Origin: an uncultured Gammaproteobacteria bacterium
Lineage (GTDB): Bacteria > Patescibacteriota > Patescibacteriia > CAIXNZ01
NCBI GenBank assembly: GCA_964531215.1
Contig: CAZHFK010000002.1
Span: 1 to 43,938 of the forward strand
DNA length: 43,938 nucleotides
Reading direction: 5' to 3'
The notes under the pieces: generated by a model
The model's database searches: none
What the model saw: the letters and a program-made list of their open reading frames with translations, nothing else
What the model was told of the DNA's origin: nothing
Shown: piece by piece, positions 8,286 through 19,900 of the stretch
Layout: every line of letters starts with the position of its first letter
Position numbering within the stretch: position 1 is the stretch's first letter
Translations under genes and position numbers: made by a program

Positions 8286-8921
8286 ATGTTTAATGGGAGC
8301 AGTAAGCAAAATAATGATCAATTTGAATGGAAAACCAAATCAACCTATGATTCTGTTTGGCGAACTTTAGGAGAATTTTTTGTTGAAATAATTAAAGTAG
8401 TAATTATTTCATTGGCAATTATAATACCAGTCAGATACTTTTTAATCCAGCCTTTTTATGTCAAAGGAGCTTCAATGGAACCGAGTTTTCATGATCATGA
8501 ATATTTAATTATTAATGAAATAGTTTATCGTTTTGAAGAACCGCAAAGAGGTGATATTGTTGTTTTTCGTTATCCCAAGGAGCCCAGTCAATATTTTATA
8601 AAAAGGATAATTGGTTTGCCCGGGGAAAAAATTAAAATTAAAGCCGGTGAAATTATAATTTATAATGATGAATTCCCAGAAGGAATTACTTTAAATGAGC
8701 AAGTTTATTTATTTGAAGATGAAGAAACGCCTCACTTGGGCAAGACAGAATTTATTTTGGAGCGAGATGAATTTTTTGTTTTAGGTGATAATCGCGACGC
8801 CAGCCTGGATTCCCGTAAGTTTGGGCCTGTTAATCAAAGATTGATTATTGGCAAGGCTTGGGTTCGTGGTTGGCCTTTGGAAAAAGTAACAATTTTTGAT
8901 ACACCGGAATATAATTTATAA
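8286..8921 (+). CDS. lepB: signal peptidase I
   Basis: Catalytic boxes VKGASMEPSF, RGDIVVF and GDNRDASLDSR. The ATG at 8286 (MFNGSS) is preferred because the ORF-track 5' extension (8208) is low-complexity and AT-rich. Confidence 0.9.
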   Translation: MFNGSSKQNNDQFEWKTKSTYDSVWRTLGEFFVEIIKVVIISLAIIIPVRYFLIQPFYVKGASMEPSFHDHEYLIINEIVYRFEEPQRGDIVVFRYPKEPSQYFIKRIIGLPGEKIKIKAGEIIIYNDEFPEGITLNEQVYLFEDEETPHLGKTEFILERDEFFVLGDNRDASLDSRKFGPVNQRLIIGKAWVRGWPLEKVTIFDTPEYNL

Positions 8922-8946
8922 ATTTTTAGTTTAATCATTTAATAAT

Positions 8947-10380
8947 ATGCCAAGGACTACAAAAAAGGCAAAGCCGCAAAAGAAAGCAACAACTGCTAAA
9001 AAAACAGTCAAGAAAGACAAGCCAAGTAAAAAGAAACCAACAAAAACAACCATTAAAGCGGCGCCTCAAAAACAACCGGTCAAAGTTTCTAAAAAAACGC
9101 CCCAATTATTAAGAGGTTTTAAAGATATTCTGCCGGGTGAACAAAAATATTGGGATTTGATCAGAGAAAAAGGTGAAAATGTTGCTTATGATTATGGGTT
9201 TGAAAGAATTGATTTGCCTTTTGTTGAAGACACTTCTTTATTTATCCGTTCCGTAGGTAAGGAAACCGATATTATTGATAAAGAGATGTTTTCTTTTGAA
9301 GATCGGGGCGGGGAAAGCGTTAGTTTGCGACCAGAAGCAACAGCTTCAGTTGCCAGAGCTTATATTAACCACGGTATGTTAAATTTAGCTCAACCGGTTA
9401 AATTATATTATATAGGTCCGATGTTTCGTTATGATCGACCGCAGTCCGGACGTTATCGTCAGTTTAATCAGTTAGGTTTTGAAGCTTTGGGTGATCTGCA
9501 TCCGGTACTTGATGCGCAAATAATAATTTTAGCTTATAATTTTTTTAAAGAATTGGGAGTGCCGGTTAACATTCAAATTAATAGTATTGGTTGTCCAGAA
9601 TGCCGCAAAGAATATAAAGTTCAATTGGTTAATTATTATAAAACACAAAAAGCCGATTTATGCGATGATTGCCAGGGCAGATTAACCAAAAATCCTTTAC
9701 GATTATTAGATTGCAAACAAGAAAAGTGTAAGACAATCAGTGAAGACGCCCCGCAAATTGTTGATTGGTTATGTGACGAATGTAAAAACCATTTTGTCAA
9801 AGTTTTGGAGTTTTTGGATGAAATAGAGATTCCTTATAATTTGGATCCGACATTGGTCAGGGGTTTGGATTATTATACCAAAACAGTTTTTGAGATTTGG
9901 CCGGCGCCACAGGATAATTCAGAAAATAGTAATAAAAAATCCCAAAATGCTTTAGGTGGCGGCGGACGTTATGATAATTTAATTGAATTATTGGGCGGCC
10001 GGCCTACTCCGGCAGTCGGTGCTTCAATTGGTATTGAAAGAGCCATTTTAAAAATTAAGGAATTAGAAATAGAAGTACCGGAAAAAGAAGCACCGGATAT
10101 TTTTATCGCCCAATTGGGTGAAGCAGCCAAAAGACAAAGTTTGGATTTTTATGAATCATTAAGGGCTGAAGGTATAAAGATTGCTGAAGGTTTTTCTAAA
10201 GACGGATTAAAAAATCAATTGGATATTGCCAATAAATTAGGCGTTAAATATACTTTAATTTTGGGCCAAAAAGAATTATCAGAAGGCACAATTTTATTAC
10301 GTGATATGGAGGGAGGTGTTCAGGAAACAATTAATTATAATAAGGCAATCAAGGAAATAAAAAAACGCTTAGGCTTGTAA
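8947..10380 (+). CDS. hisS: histidine--tRNA ligase with a lysine-rich N-terminal extension of about 53 aa
   Basis: Class II motifs LRGFKDILPGE, SLRPEATASVAR, MFRYDRPQSGRYRQFNQ and GGGGRYDNL, plus a C-terminal anticodon-binding domain. There is no in-frame ATG, GTG or TTG between 8947 and the conserved core. Confidence 0.95.
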   Translation: MPRTTKKAKPQKKATTAKKTVKKDKPSKKKPTKTTIKAAPQKQPVKVSKKTPQLLRGFKDILPGEQKYWDLIREKGENVAYDYGFERIDLPFVEDTSLFIRSVGKETDIIDKEMFSFEDRGGESVSLRPEATASVARAYINHGMLNLAQPVKLYYIGPMFRYDRPQSGRYRQFNQLGFEALGDLHPVLDAQIIILAYNFFKELGVPVNIQINSIGCPECRKEYKVQLVNYYKTQKADLCDDCQGRLTKNPLRLLDCKQEKCKTISEDAPQIVDWLCDECKNHFVKVLEFLDEIEIPYNLDPTLVRGLDYYTKTVFEIWPAPQDNSENSNKKSQNALGGGGRYDNLIELLGGRPTPAVGASIGIERAILKIKELEIEVPEKEAPDIFIAQLGEAAKRQSLDFYESLRAEGIKIAEGFSKDGLKNQLDIANKLGVKYTLILGQKELSEGTILLRDMEGGVQETINYNKAIKEIKKRLGL

Positions 10381-10404
10381 TTTTGTTTTTTAAACATTTT
10401 TTTA

Positions 10405-10436
10405 GAAAAAACGCCTTAAACGCAAAAGGTGTTTTT
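10405..10436 (+). terminator. intrinsic terminator after hisS
   Basis: Stem acgcctt 10410-10416 with aaggtgt 10425-10431 (one G-U pair), flanked by an A-run and T-run 10431-10436. Confidence 0.6.
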
Positions 10437-10461
10437 TGTTTATAACTGGCTTTATTTTTAT

Positions 10462-10490
10462 TTGACGAAATTTAATTTTATTGTTATTAT
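10462..10490 (+). promoter_or_regulatory. candidate promoter of the rpsU-led operon (TTGACG-17 nt-TATTAT)
   Basis: TTGACG at 10462-10467, a 17-nt spacer and TATTAT at 10485-10490. It lies about 40 nt upstream of the rpsU ATG. Confidence 0.5.
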
Positions 10491-10528
10491 TAAATCAAAT
10501 TTATTAAAAAGGAGATGGAAATAAAATA

Positions 10529-10747
10529 ATGGCAGAAGCAAAAAGAAAGAAAAACGAAACTTTTGAAAGTTTGCTTAGACGCTTTAATAAAAAATTAATG
10601 CAAAGTGGCAAACTGTTGCAAGCCAAAAAAATTAGGTTTTTGACTAAAGAACCTAATAAAAATTTAAGTAAAGATTTGGCTTTAAGGAGAAAAAGAATCA
10701 AAGAAAAAAAAGATTATTTGAAGAAAATTGGCAAATTAGAAGATTAA
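10529..10747 (+). CDS. rpsU: 30S ribosomal protein S21
   Basis: 72 aa and very basic. ESLLRRFNKKLMQSGKLLQAKKIRFLTKEP resembles the S21 core. AGGAG lies upstream. Confidence 0.85.
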   Translation: MAEAKRKKNETFESLLRRFNKKLMQSGKLLQAKKIRFLTKEPNKNLSKDLALRRKRIKEKKDYLKKIGKLED

Positions 10748-10765
10748 TTTTTTAATTTAAAATTA

Positions 10766-11206
10766 ATGTCAATTTTAGATCAAATTGAAAAAGATTATGA
10801 GCAAGCTTTCAAAGCAAAAGAACAAGACGTAGTTTCTACATTACGGATGCTTTTAGTTGCGTTAAAAAATGAAAAAATTAAGAAAAAAGAGCATTTAACA
10901 GATGAGGATATTATTAAAGTTATAAAAAGTGAAATAAAAAAAAGAAAAGAAGCAATTGAAGAATATAATAAGGCTGCTCGGCAAGAATTAGCCAGTTTAG
11001 AAGCTAAAGAATTAGAAGTTTTGCAAAAGTATTTACCCGAACAAATGTCAGAAGAAATGGTTCGTCAGAAGGTTCAGGAAATTTTAAAAGGAGTCAGTGA
11101 TAAAGAAAATTTTGGCAAGGTAATGGGTGTAGTTATGTCTCAGTTAAAAGGCTCGGCTGACGGTGCGTTGGTTAAACAAATACTGGAAGAAGAAATCAAT
11201 AAATAA
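10766..11206 (+). CDS. GatB/YqeY domain-containing protein
   Basis: 146 aa. LRMLLVALKNEKIKK...IKSEIKKRKEAIEEY...FGKVMGVVMSQLKGSADGALVKQIL is typical of the YqeY family. It directly follows rpsU, as in Firmicutes. Confidence 0.85.
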   Translation: MSILDQIEKDYEQAFKAKEQDVVSTLRMLLVALKNEKIKKKEHLTDEDIIKVIKSEIKKRKEAIEEYNKAARQELASLEAKELEVLQKYLPEQMSEEMVRQKVQEILKGVSDKENFGKVMGVVMSQLKGSADGALVKQILEEEINK

Positions 11207-11227
11207 AATTCAATTAAATAAATTCCC

Positions 11228-13996
11228 ATGCTAAGAAAAAAACTCTTGGTGAATAAAAATGACCAAGAGAAAAAAAATAAAATTTTTGTCAGTAAGGCTG
11301 CCAAGGTATTATTGATAGTTGTTTTGGTTTTGGCAGTTTTTTTGTTTGTTTTTCCTGTTTTGGCGCAACCGGATGTCGGGTTTGAAGCGATTGAAGAGGA
11401 AATTGAATTAGGTACTCAAGATATTAGAGTCACGATTGCCAGAATAATTAGGGCTTTTTTGGGGTTTTTGGGCGTGATTGCTGTGGTAATTATTATTTAT
11501 GGCGGTTATTTATATATGACTTCGGCTGGTAATCCGGAACAAGTAACCAAAGCTAAAAAAGTTTTAATTAATGCTACAATCGGTTTAATAATAATTTTAA
11601 GTTCTTTTGCTATAGCTAGTTTTATCTTGAATTATTTAGTTGAAGCGACCGGTGGTGATGGCGGAGTGCCTGGGCGGCCGTCTTATGGGGCTGGTGGCGG
11701 AGCTTTGGGTAATGGTATTATTGAAAGTCATTATCCGGAAAGAAATGCCTTTGATATCCCCAGAAATACCAGTATAGTGGTAACTTTTAAAGAACCGATA
11801 GAAGTAACTAGTATTGTGATTGATGCCAATGAAAATGGTGAATATGGTGATTGTTTTGATGCCGATGGTAATAATCAGTTTGATATTGTTGATAATAATG
11901 ATGACGGGCAATTTAACATAGCTGACGGAGATTTCGCTGAATGCGATTTGATTAACCGTGATAGCATTCGAATTAGAAGAACCGATGAGACTCAGGGACC
12001 GTTTGTGGAATTGGTTAAGGCAACATTTACTGATGATCATAAAACATTTGTTTTTAAACCCGTGGAATTGTTAGGCAGTTCGGATCAGGCAATTGATTAC
12101 ACAGTCAGTTTAACTGAAAATATACTTAAAGAAGATGGCAGTCAGGCTTTTGGTAATTTTGGTAATTATTCTTGGAATTTTGAAGTGTCTAACAGAATTG
12201 ATAATACGCCTCCTCAAGTTGATTCGGTTATACCAAGTTATTCAAATAATCCTAATGATACTGTTCCCCGAAATCATATTGTCCAAATTAATTTTAATGA
12301 ACCAATTAATCCAATGACAATCAGGGGAATCGCCAGGGTTGAGGGGGGCGGTACAGTCGGTCAATTAGAAACCGATACTTTTAATAATATAATGGTTTCA
12401 ATCCCGGGCGATCAGTATGTTGCCGGCGAGTTTTTGTATAGTAACGGATATCAAACAGTTGAATTTGTGACCAATGATCTTTGTGGTAAAAATACTTGTG
12501 GCGGTGATGTTTTTTGTTTACCAGGAGAAGAATATATAAATGTTTTAATTAAAGCCGCCAGTTTTTCCGGGTTTGGCGGAGTGACTTTTCCTTATGACGG
12601 CATTGTAGATATGGCTGATAATTCTTTAGACGGTAATAAAGATAAACAGGCCAAGGGACCGGTTGATGATCCTTATAATATTAATTTTAGTAATGATCCG
12701 ACTTATGAAGCTGAGTTATACGGAGATAGTGCCGAATGGAGTTTTTATACCAGTAATGAAATAGACTTGGCGCCACCTGAAATAGAGAGTTATAGTCCGG
12801 AAAGTGGTGAAATAGGTGTTGATCCAACGACTGATTATGAAATTACTTTTAATAAGATTATTATGTCTTCTACAATTAAGTCAGGCGGAGAAGGTTATTG
12901 TTCTTGTTTAGCTGATGATCAGTGCGGTAATAATATTTGTGATGTTACTAATAATTATTGTATTGATAATGATAGTGAGCAATATGTTTGCTCAACCCCA
13001 TGTCCAGACGGCCAGCCTTGTAATATTGAAAAAGAATATTTTATTTTAAATCCGCCACCGCCAGATTTAATGCCGCCACAATATCCCGCAGGTGGTTGGG
13101 CATATTGGCTGCGAAGTTCAAATTATGGTGGTAAAACAACAGCTAAAATTAAGCATGAAGATTTGGGTGAAAATATAAATTTTGATATCAGGGTTGGTTC
13201 TGGTATAAAAGATATTACTCAAAATTGTTATCAGCCTTGTGCCGGTCCAGAATGTTCCAAAGTTGAAATTCAGCCGGGTGAATATGAAGTTCAGCCAGGT
13301 GAATGGGAGCCAAATGATGACAGTTTCCCGACTTGTGATTTGACTGATGTACAATATAGTGCGACTGGTAATTTTATTTTAAATTATGTTGATGCTAATG
13401 GTAAGCCTCAAACTATTGATTTTAGTGCTTATAGTTTGCCAAAATCAATAGAAGATTTTTATTTATATAGAGATGATGGCGCCGGTGGCGCAGGTCCCAG
13501 AACATTTTTAGACGGTTTTGGCGGTGTTTTTAATACTTTCATGAAACCCAATAGAACAATGTCATTTATTTATCATGACAGTTTAAATAATTTATATTAT
13601 TTGGTTAATGTTCATGGCGCTCCATTAGTGGGGGGCGGAACTTTTCAAGGTTCAATAACTAATGCGGCTGATGAATTTTATTTTGCGATAAGGGATGATA
13701 GCGGCAGGGATCATGATTGCAATAATGTGCCAATAACTTCTGGTGGTGATCGCTATGCTGATTGCGGTAATGCTTTATATAATCATCAAGGATGGATTGT
13801 GCCTTGGGCGGATGGCGAGGCTATTTATATTGGTGATGGTAGCCAAGATATTAATTTTGATATAAATGTAGAATCATTTGCGCCAACAAGAACAACAGAA
13901 GATCCAGAGTGGGTGTTTTTCATGACACAAAGATCCATTAATGTGGCTAATAGTTTTCCGGCTTCGGTTTCAATTATTTATTTTGCTAATCAATAA
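11228..13996 (+). CDS. large surface protein: pilin-like (VirB2/TrbC-like) N-terminal membrane module, Gly-rich linker, three SbsA-type Ig-like segments and an unknown C-terminal domain
   Basis: 922-aa uninterrupted ORF. Signal-peptide-like h-region ending VLA/QPD. Two hydrophobic helices flank YGGYLYMTSAGNPEQVTKAKK. Ig-like segments begin near IPRNTSIVVTFKEPI, VPRNHIVQINFNEPI and YEITFNKII. Confidence 0.85.
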   Translation: MLRKKLLVNKNDQEKKNKIFVSKAAKVLLIVVLVLAVFLFVFPVLAQPDVGFEAIEEEIELGTQDIRVTIARIIRAFLGFLGVIAVVIIIYGGYLYMTSAGNPEQVTKAKKVLINATIGLIIILSSFAIASFILNYLVEATGGDGGVPGRPSYGAGGGALGNGIIESHYPERNAFDIPRNTSIVVTFKEPIEVTSIVIDANENGEYGDCFDADGNNQFDIVDNNDDGQFNIADGDFAECDLINRDSIRIRRTDETQGPFVELVKATFTDDHKTFVFKPVELLGSSDQAIDYTVSLTENILKEDGSQAFGNFGNYSWNFEVSNRIDNTPPQVDSVIPSYSNNPNDTVPRNHIVQINFNEPINPMTIRGIARVEGGGTVGQLETDTFNNIMVSIPGDQYVAGEFLYSNGYQTVEFVTNDLCGKNTCGGDVFCLPGEEYINVLIKAASFSGFGGVTFPYDGIVDMADNSLDGNKDKQAKGPVDDPYNINFSNDPTYEAELYGDSAEWSFYTSNEIDLAPPEIESYSPESGEIGVDPTTDYEITFNKIIMSSTIKSGGEGYCSCLADDQCGNNICDVTNNYCIDNDSEQYVCSTPCPDGQPCNIEKEYFILNPPPPDLMPPQYPAGGWAYWLRSSNYGGKTTAKIKHEDLGENINFDIRVGSGIKDITQNCYQPCAGPECSKVEIQPGEYEVQPGEWEPNDDSFPTCDLTDVQYSATGNFILNYVDANGKPQTIDFSAYSLPKSIEDFYLYRDDGAGGAGPRTFLDGFGGVFNTFMKPNRTMSFIYHDSLNNLYYLVNVHGAPLVGGGTFQGSITNAADEFYFAIRDDSGRDHDCNNVPITSGGDRYADCGNALYNHQGWIVPWADGEAIYIGDGSQDINFDINVESFAPTRTTEDPEWVFFMTQRSINVANSFPASVSIIYFANQ
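11366..11650 (+). other. pilin-like two-helix module, copy 1 (paralogous to 14098-14385)
   Basis: It aligns without gaps to copy 2. By my hand count, 66 of 96 positions are identical, for example RVTIARIIRAFLGFLG, YGGYLYMT, KAKK and FAIASF. Confidence 0.8.
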
Positions 13997-13998
13997 TT

Positions 13999-16900
13999 AT
14001 GTTAAAGTCAGTTAAGAAAAAAATTAGCAGAAAAAAAGTTTTTTTAGGCTTAATAATATTTTTAAGTTTATTTTTAGTATTTAATCAAGTTAATGCGCAA
14101 CCTGATGTTGGTTTGCAACCGGTTGGTGAAGAAATACAGCTAGGTACAGCTGATCTAAGGGTAACAATTGCCAGAATAATCAGAGCGTTTTTAGGCTTTT
14201 TAGGTATAGTTGCCGTTAGTTTGGTAATTTACGGCGGTTATTTATATATGACGGCTCAGGGTGTCCCGGAAAAAATTGATAAAGCTAAAAAGACTTTGGT
14301 TGCAGCAGTAATTGGATTAGTGATTGTGTTATCAGCTTTTGCTATAGCCAGTTTTGTTTTAAATCAATTATTACAAGCAACCGGGCCAGGGGGCGGTGAT
14401 GGCGGTAATGGTGACGGGCCAGGGCCCGGTGGTGATATCTCCGGCGGGGTAGAAGAATTTTGCGCCAACCCTTCAACTGATGTAGCACCTTGGTTATGTA
14501 TTAAAGAACAGGATCAGACAGCTCAAAGTGATAGCTTGATAACTTTATATGGTGGAAATGTCGGTGATACTCCCGGTCGGATTTATTTTACAGACAGGGA
14601 TCAGGTTAATCAGTATGATGCCGAAATCGTTACATGTAAAGATGATGATGTTAAATGGTTTAAAGCTATATCCAACAGTGATTTACAAAAAGTCAAAGTC
14701 AGGGTGCCCCAAGAATTGGATTTGGCTGAAAATGATTATTGGGTTGTGGCAGACACAGCCAATGGTTTAACTGTTAATAAAGTTTGGCAAGGTTATGTTG
14801 ATGATGATCGCTTGGATCGGTTTACTTATGAAGCCGGTGATAATAATGCGCCTAATATAATTTGTTTTACAACCGAAATAGCTGATAATGGCGGTTTTGC
14901 TGAAGGGCCGGAAATTGATTTTGCCAGTCAAGGCGATCGAGTCAGAATTAAAGGCGAAAGGTTTGGCACAGACGGCACAGTAGTTTATAACAGTGGCGAT
15001 ACCAATGATTCAGCCACAATTAATGACTGGCAGGAAACTTATGTCAGCACAGTTGTCCCGCCGACAGCTTCAGGTGATGTCCGGATAACCAGAGATGATA
15101 ATGAGTCCGATGAAGATTATTTGGGTATTTTATGCGATACGAATTCTGATTGCGGTACTAATTGTTGTCAGCAGCGCCAAGGTCGTAATGTTTGTGTGGC
15201 CGAAGAAAATTGTTTAAATGATGAAGGTGAGGCTTGTTTTGACGGCGTAGCTTGTACTGACGCTGAATTTGGCTGTCGTTCCGATTTATTTTGTGATCCG
15301 ACCGATTGTATTTGTAAACGTCGCGGAGAGGGAGCTCCTTGTGATGCAATGCCTGAAACAGCTAGTTGTCAAGCCGATGACACTTTATGTGGTGATGAAT
15401 TTTATTGTTCAATAACCGAAGCTTGTACTTGTCGGTATTTACCGCGAATTGACGGGTTTGATCCTGAGGCAGGTGGTCCTGGTAATTTTGTGTCGGTTTA
15501 TGGTCAGGGCTTTGGGACAGAAATAAATACTAATTCAAAAATAATATTTTTAGGCGCTGATACTGACGGTGATCAAAATCCCGAAGGCGACGACGATGAT
15601 TTAGAAGCTATTTTACCAATGAATTGCGGTGCTGAAAATGTTTGGCAAGATAATCAAATTATAATTGAAATACCGGATGGCGCGGTTTCAGGGCCTTTAA
15701 AATTAATAAATTCTGACGGGCTGGAAGAAACAACCATGGATTCAGATGGAATTGTGGCTGATTTTGAAGTTGACCCCGATATTAATTATCCCAGCTTATG
15801 TAGTGTTGATCCTGATCAAGGAGAATTTGGTGATTCAGTTAATTTAACCGGTAAAAATTTTGGTGATGGGGCTGATGGGCAAGTCTTGATTGGTGGGCTG
15901 GGATTTTCACAAGGTGATAATTGGGATTGGTCTTATGATCCGGGTGATGAATTGGATAAAATAACTGATGCCGTAGTACCCAATATTGAACCTGATGAAA
16001 ATTTACCGGTTCAAGTCAGAAGCGGTGATACTTATAGTAATTCATTTAATTTTACTGTTATAGAATCAGGTAAAGCGCCAAGAATCGATTACATTGATCC
16101 TGATCGGGCGCCGGTTGGTCAGTATGTTACTATTTATGGTTCTAATTTTGGTCAGGATGAAGGTTTGGTTAAATTTAGAAATGCCGGCGGTGATTTTGTT
16201 GAGGCTGATTTAAGTTTTCCTGAACAATGTTTAAATAATTTATGGCATGATACTTATATTATTGTTAAAGTGCCGAGTCTGGGGCAGGGTAATCCTTTAG
16301 CCAGTGAAGTTATTGTGGAAACCCAAAATAGCGGCAATACTAATACGGTTGATTTTGAAAGATGTGTTTTGAATGAAAATACTTGTCCTTTAAGGCCTGG
16401 TATTTGCTTGATAGAGCCCAATCAAGGACCGGTTGGTACTGAAATAAATTTTTATGGCGATAATTTTGGTGAATATAATACTAATAATTCTCAAGTGGTT
16501 TTTTGGGATAATCAAGCAATTACACCATCTTTAGCTAATTGGTCGAATCAAAATATTGGGCCGATTAATGTGCCGGATCAAGCTAGTACGGGGCCAGTTG
16601 AAGTCGTTTCTGGTTTGGGATTAACTAGCAACCAAATGCCGTTTACAGTAGCTGATTGTCGGGATAATCCTGATATTTGTGATACTGCCAATACCGGTAA
16701 TATTTGTTGTGAATTTGATGGTATTTGCAAAACAGAAATTGAATGTTATGGTGAAAAACCGCCAATGTGTTTTTATTCCTGGGCTTTTGCGACCGGCCAG
16801 GTGCCTCAAGAATTCAGACCGCCGCAAGTAGTGGAAGATATTGAATGTAATGAGAATACGCAATCACCCTCACCTTGGAAAGATTATGAATCAAATTGTG

Positions 16901-19900
16901 TAAATGCCAATATTTCGGCTCGGTTTAATCGTTTAATGAATGCAGCAACATTTACAACTGATAATATTATTGTCAGAGAATGTTGGGCTGAAGATTATTT
17001 TGATGAAGAATCGGGTTCTGAATGTGAAATACCCAGTTGGCATAATCAAGATAGAAATATTTATCCGATTAACGAAGAAAACGGATTTTATAGAGGATTT
17101 ATTTATGAAGCACCGGTTAATGCTTTGCAGCCGGGACGTTGGTATGAAGTTACTTTAAAAAGCAGCAATGGTGATTATATAAAATCACGTGAAGGACTTT
17201 GGCTGGATGGTGATTTTGATTCTGATCCGGGTGGTGATTATCGCTGGTATTTTAGGATTAAAGATGGTGCTAAAGAATGCAGCTTGGAAAAGATTGTGGT
17301 AACACCGAATGAAGCAATAATTGAAACAATAGCCGATAATCAGGAATATAGCGCTACAGCTTTGGCGGTCAATTGTAATATATTAAATGGCAATTTTTAT
17401 AATTGGGAATGGTATAAACTTTATACTGACGGGACCAAAGAGGTTGGTCCAGTTGCTGATCCGCAAGCTTGCGATCGCCGGTATTGTATTGCTGAAATCA
17501 GTGAAAATGATGAAAACAATGACGGTAATATTGATTGGCGCCAAATGGCATCCCCATTAAAACAAGGTTTTACTTTTGTTGGTGCAGCGGCAGAAAATAA
17601 AAGTGATGAAAACAATGAATTAACAATAGATTTGAATATCCCGGAAATTTATCGGATTTATCCTGATAACGGTTTAATTAATCCGGATGTTAATTCTTAT
17701 GTGACAATTTACGGTAATAATTTTGGCAATCTTCAACGTGATAGTAAAGTCTTTTTTGATAATGTTGAAGCAGAAATCGCTCCTGATTGTCCGGCAGCTT
17801 GGACTGATTCGCAAATTCAAGTAATTGTGCCTAATCCGACACCAATTGAATCAGCCAATGAACCCACTTATGATTTAACCGGCATAAATGAAAGCGATGA
17901 TATGGTAATTTTTTATGATATGGATGAAGATTCGGACGTTATTTTACAAGATAAAGCCGACAATAATGATGGTGAAATTTTTGGAGCTGATAAAGTGGCA
18001 AGCACTTTTGGCAATGCTTTAAGATTTAACGGCCAATCTGATTATGTGAAATTGCCTAATAATTATAATTTATCAACCGGTAGTGTGGAATTATGGTTTA
18101 AGCCTAATTTTACATCAGATCAAAGGCAAACTTTATTTAGTATTTCTGATGGTACGGCTGATAATATTTTAGCTTTGGAAATTGATCCGGCTGATCAGGA
18201 TACTGCTAAATTTGTTTTAACTTTAAATACCGCCAATGGTCAAGCTAATAATAGTACGGTTTTTAATGTTTTGGAAAACGACAGCTGGCATCATTTGGTT
18301 TTTACTTATGATGGCGATGAATATTATTTTTATATAAACGGCCGTAAATTTTATTATTTTAATAATAGCAATATAGTAGCTTCGAATCAGACAGATTTTT
18401 GGTTTAATGCCAATACTGAAGCTACCAATATTTTACTTGGCGCTAAAAATACGGGTCAGTTTATTGATTATTATGACGGTTTGATGGAAGGTTTTGCGAT
18501 TTATGATTCGGTTTTAAGCGAGGATCAGGTCAGGTCACGTTATGGTTTGCAAGCCGGTCAGATTTTACTATTAAATTTTGAAGGAATTGGTGATGAAATA
18601 ATTGATTCGTCATCCAATAATTTTACAAATTTAAATGTCCAAGATTCTGATTTTAGAATTGATGAAGGCCGTTATGGCAAAGGTTTTGACAATAGCGTAA
18701 TTGAAGTAATTGATAATCCTTCATTAAATTTCAAAGATCAGATTTCAATAGAAGGTTGGTTTAAAGTTCCTGATTTTAATCAGTCTTTTACCATCTTTGA
18801 ATCGAATCGAATAAGTTTAGGCAATTTAAATAATAATTGTGGCTCTGGCTTGAACTTTTGTTTTAAATTAGATTTGGTTAATGAAAATAATTTAGCTGCT
18901 GGTGGAGCTCGCTGGGCTAGTTTGGATTCTAATAAAATAAGAAACAATGCCTGGAATTATTTTGCCGGAGTTTATGACGGCCAGACCATTAAACTGTATT
19001 TAAATGATGAAGTACCGGCCCAATGGCAATTTGACGGCAGAATTTATCAGCATGCGGATTTTGGTCGCGCAACTATTGGCAGTACCACAGGTAATGCGCA
19101 ATTTGATAATTTGGCAATTTATAGCCGAGCCTTAACAGAATCAGAAATTAATGATCGAGTCGGAGCTAAAAATGGGTCTAATGTTATAGTCCAAACCAAA
19201 TTTGGCTCTGATGATAGTTTGAGCGGTACTAATCAACTTTTTTATCATAGTGATATTGTTTATCCTTTTTTATGCCAGTTAAGACCGAATATAGGGTTAG
19301 AAGGGACTTCAATTGCAATTGGCGGTGATAATTTTGGTGATTCCAATAAAACAATTTATCAAGGTTTGGAATATGATCTGGGCAGTCTGGTTTATTTTGA
19401 TATGTTTAATTTGTCAGATGAAAACATTGACAACTGGACAAATAGTTTGGTTGATGCGATTAATCCGTTTAGTGATATTGGTACGCAAGAAATACCAGTT
19501 TCAATTTCTATAGATCCTTTTGCTGAACCGTTTATTGATGAAGATGATTCTGGTATTTATAATAGCGGTGAACAATATGCTGATATTTTAGAACCGTTTG
19601 GTGCATATAATCAAGGATTTTATGAAGTTGAAAAATTTGACCCCGAAGATATTAGTCAAACCGGTGTTATTGAAACAGAAACCGAATTAGTCAGCAATAC
19701 TCTGCCATTTTATTTTTCACCGGTTATAACGAAAATTACACCCGATAACGGACCCGAAGGTCAATGGGTGACAATTCATGGTTATAATTTTGGTCATAAT
19801 CCAGGCGAAGTTTACTTTTTTAACGATTTAGTGTCTGAATTTCCGCCAGAACCTTGTGAAAACTTTTGGACTAATACGCAAATTATTGTTGTGGTGCCTG

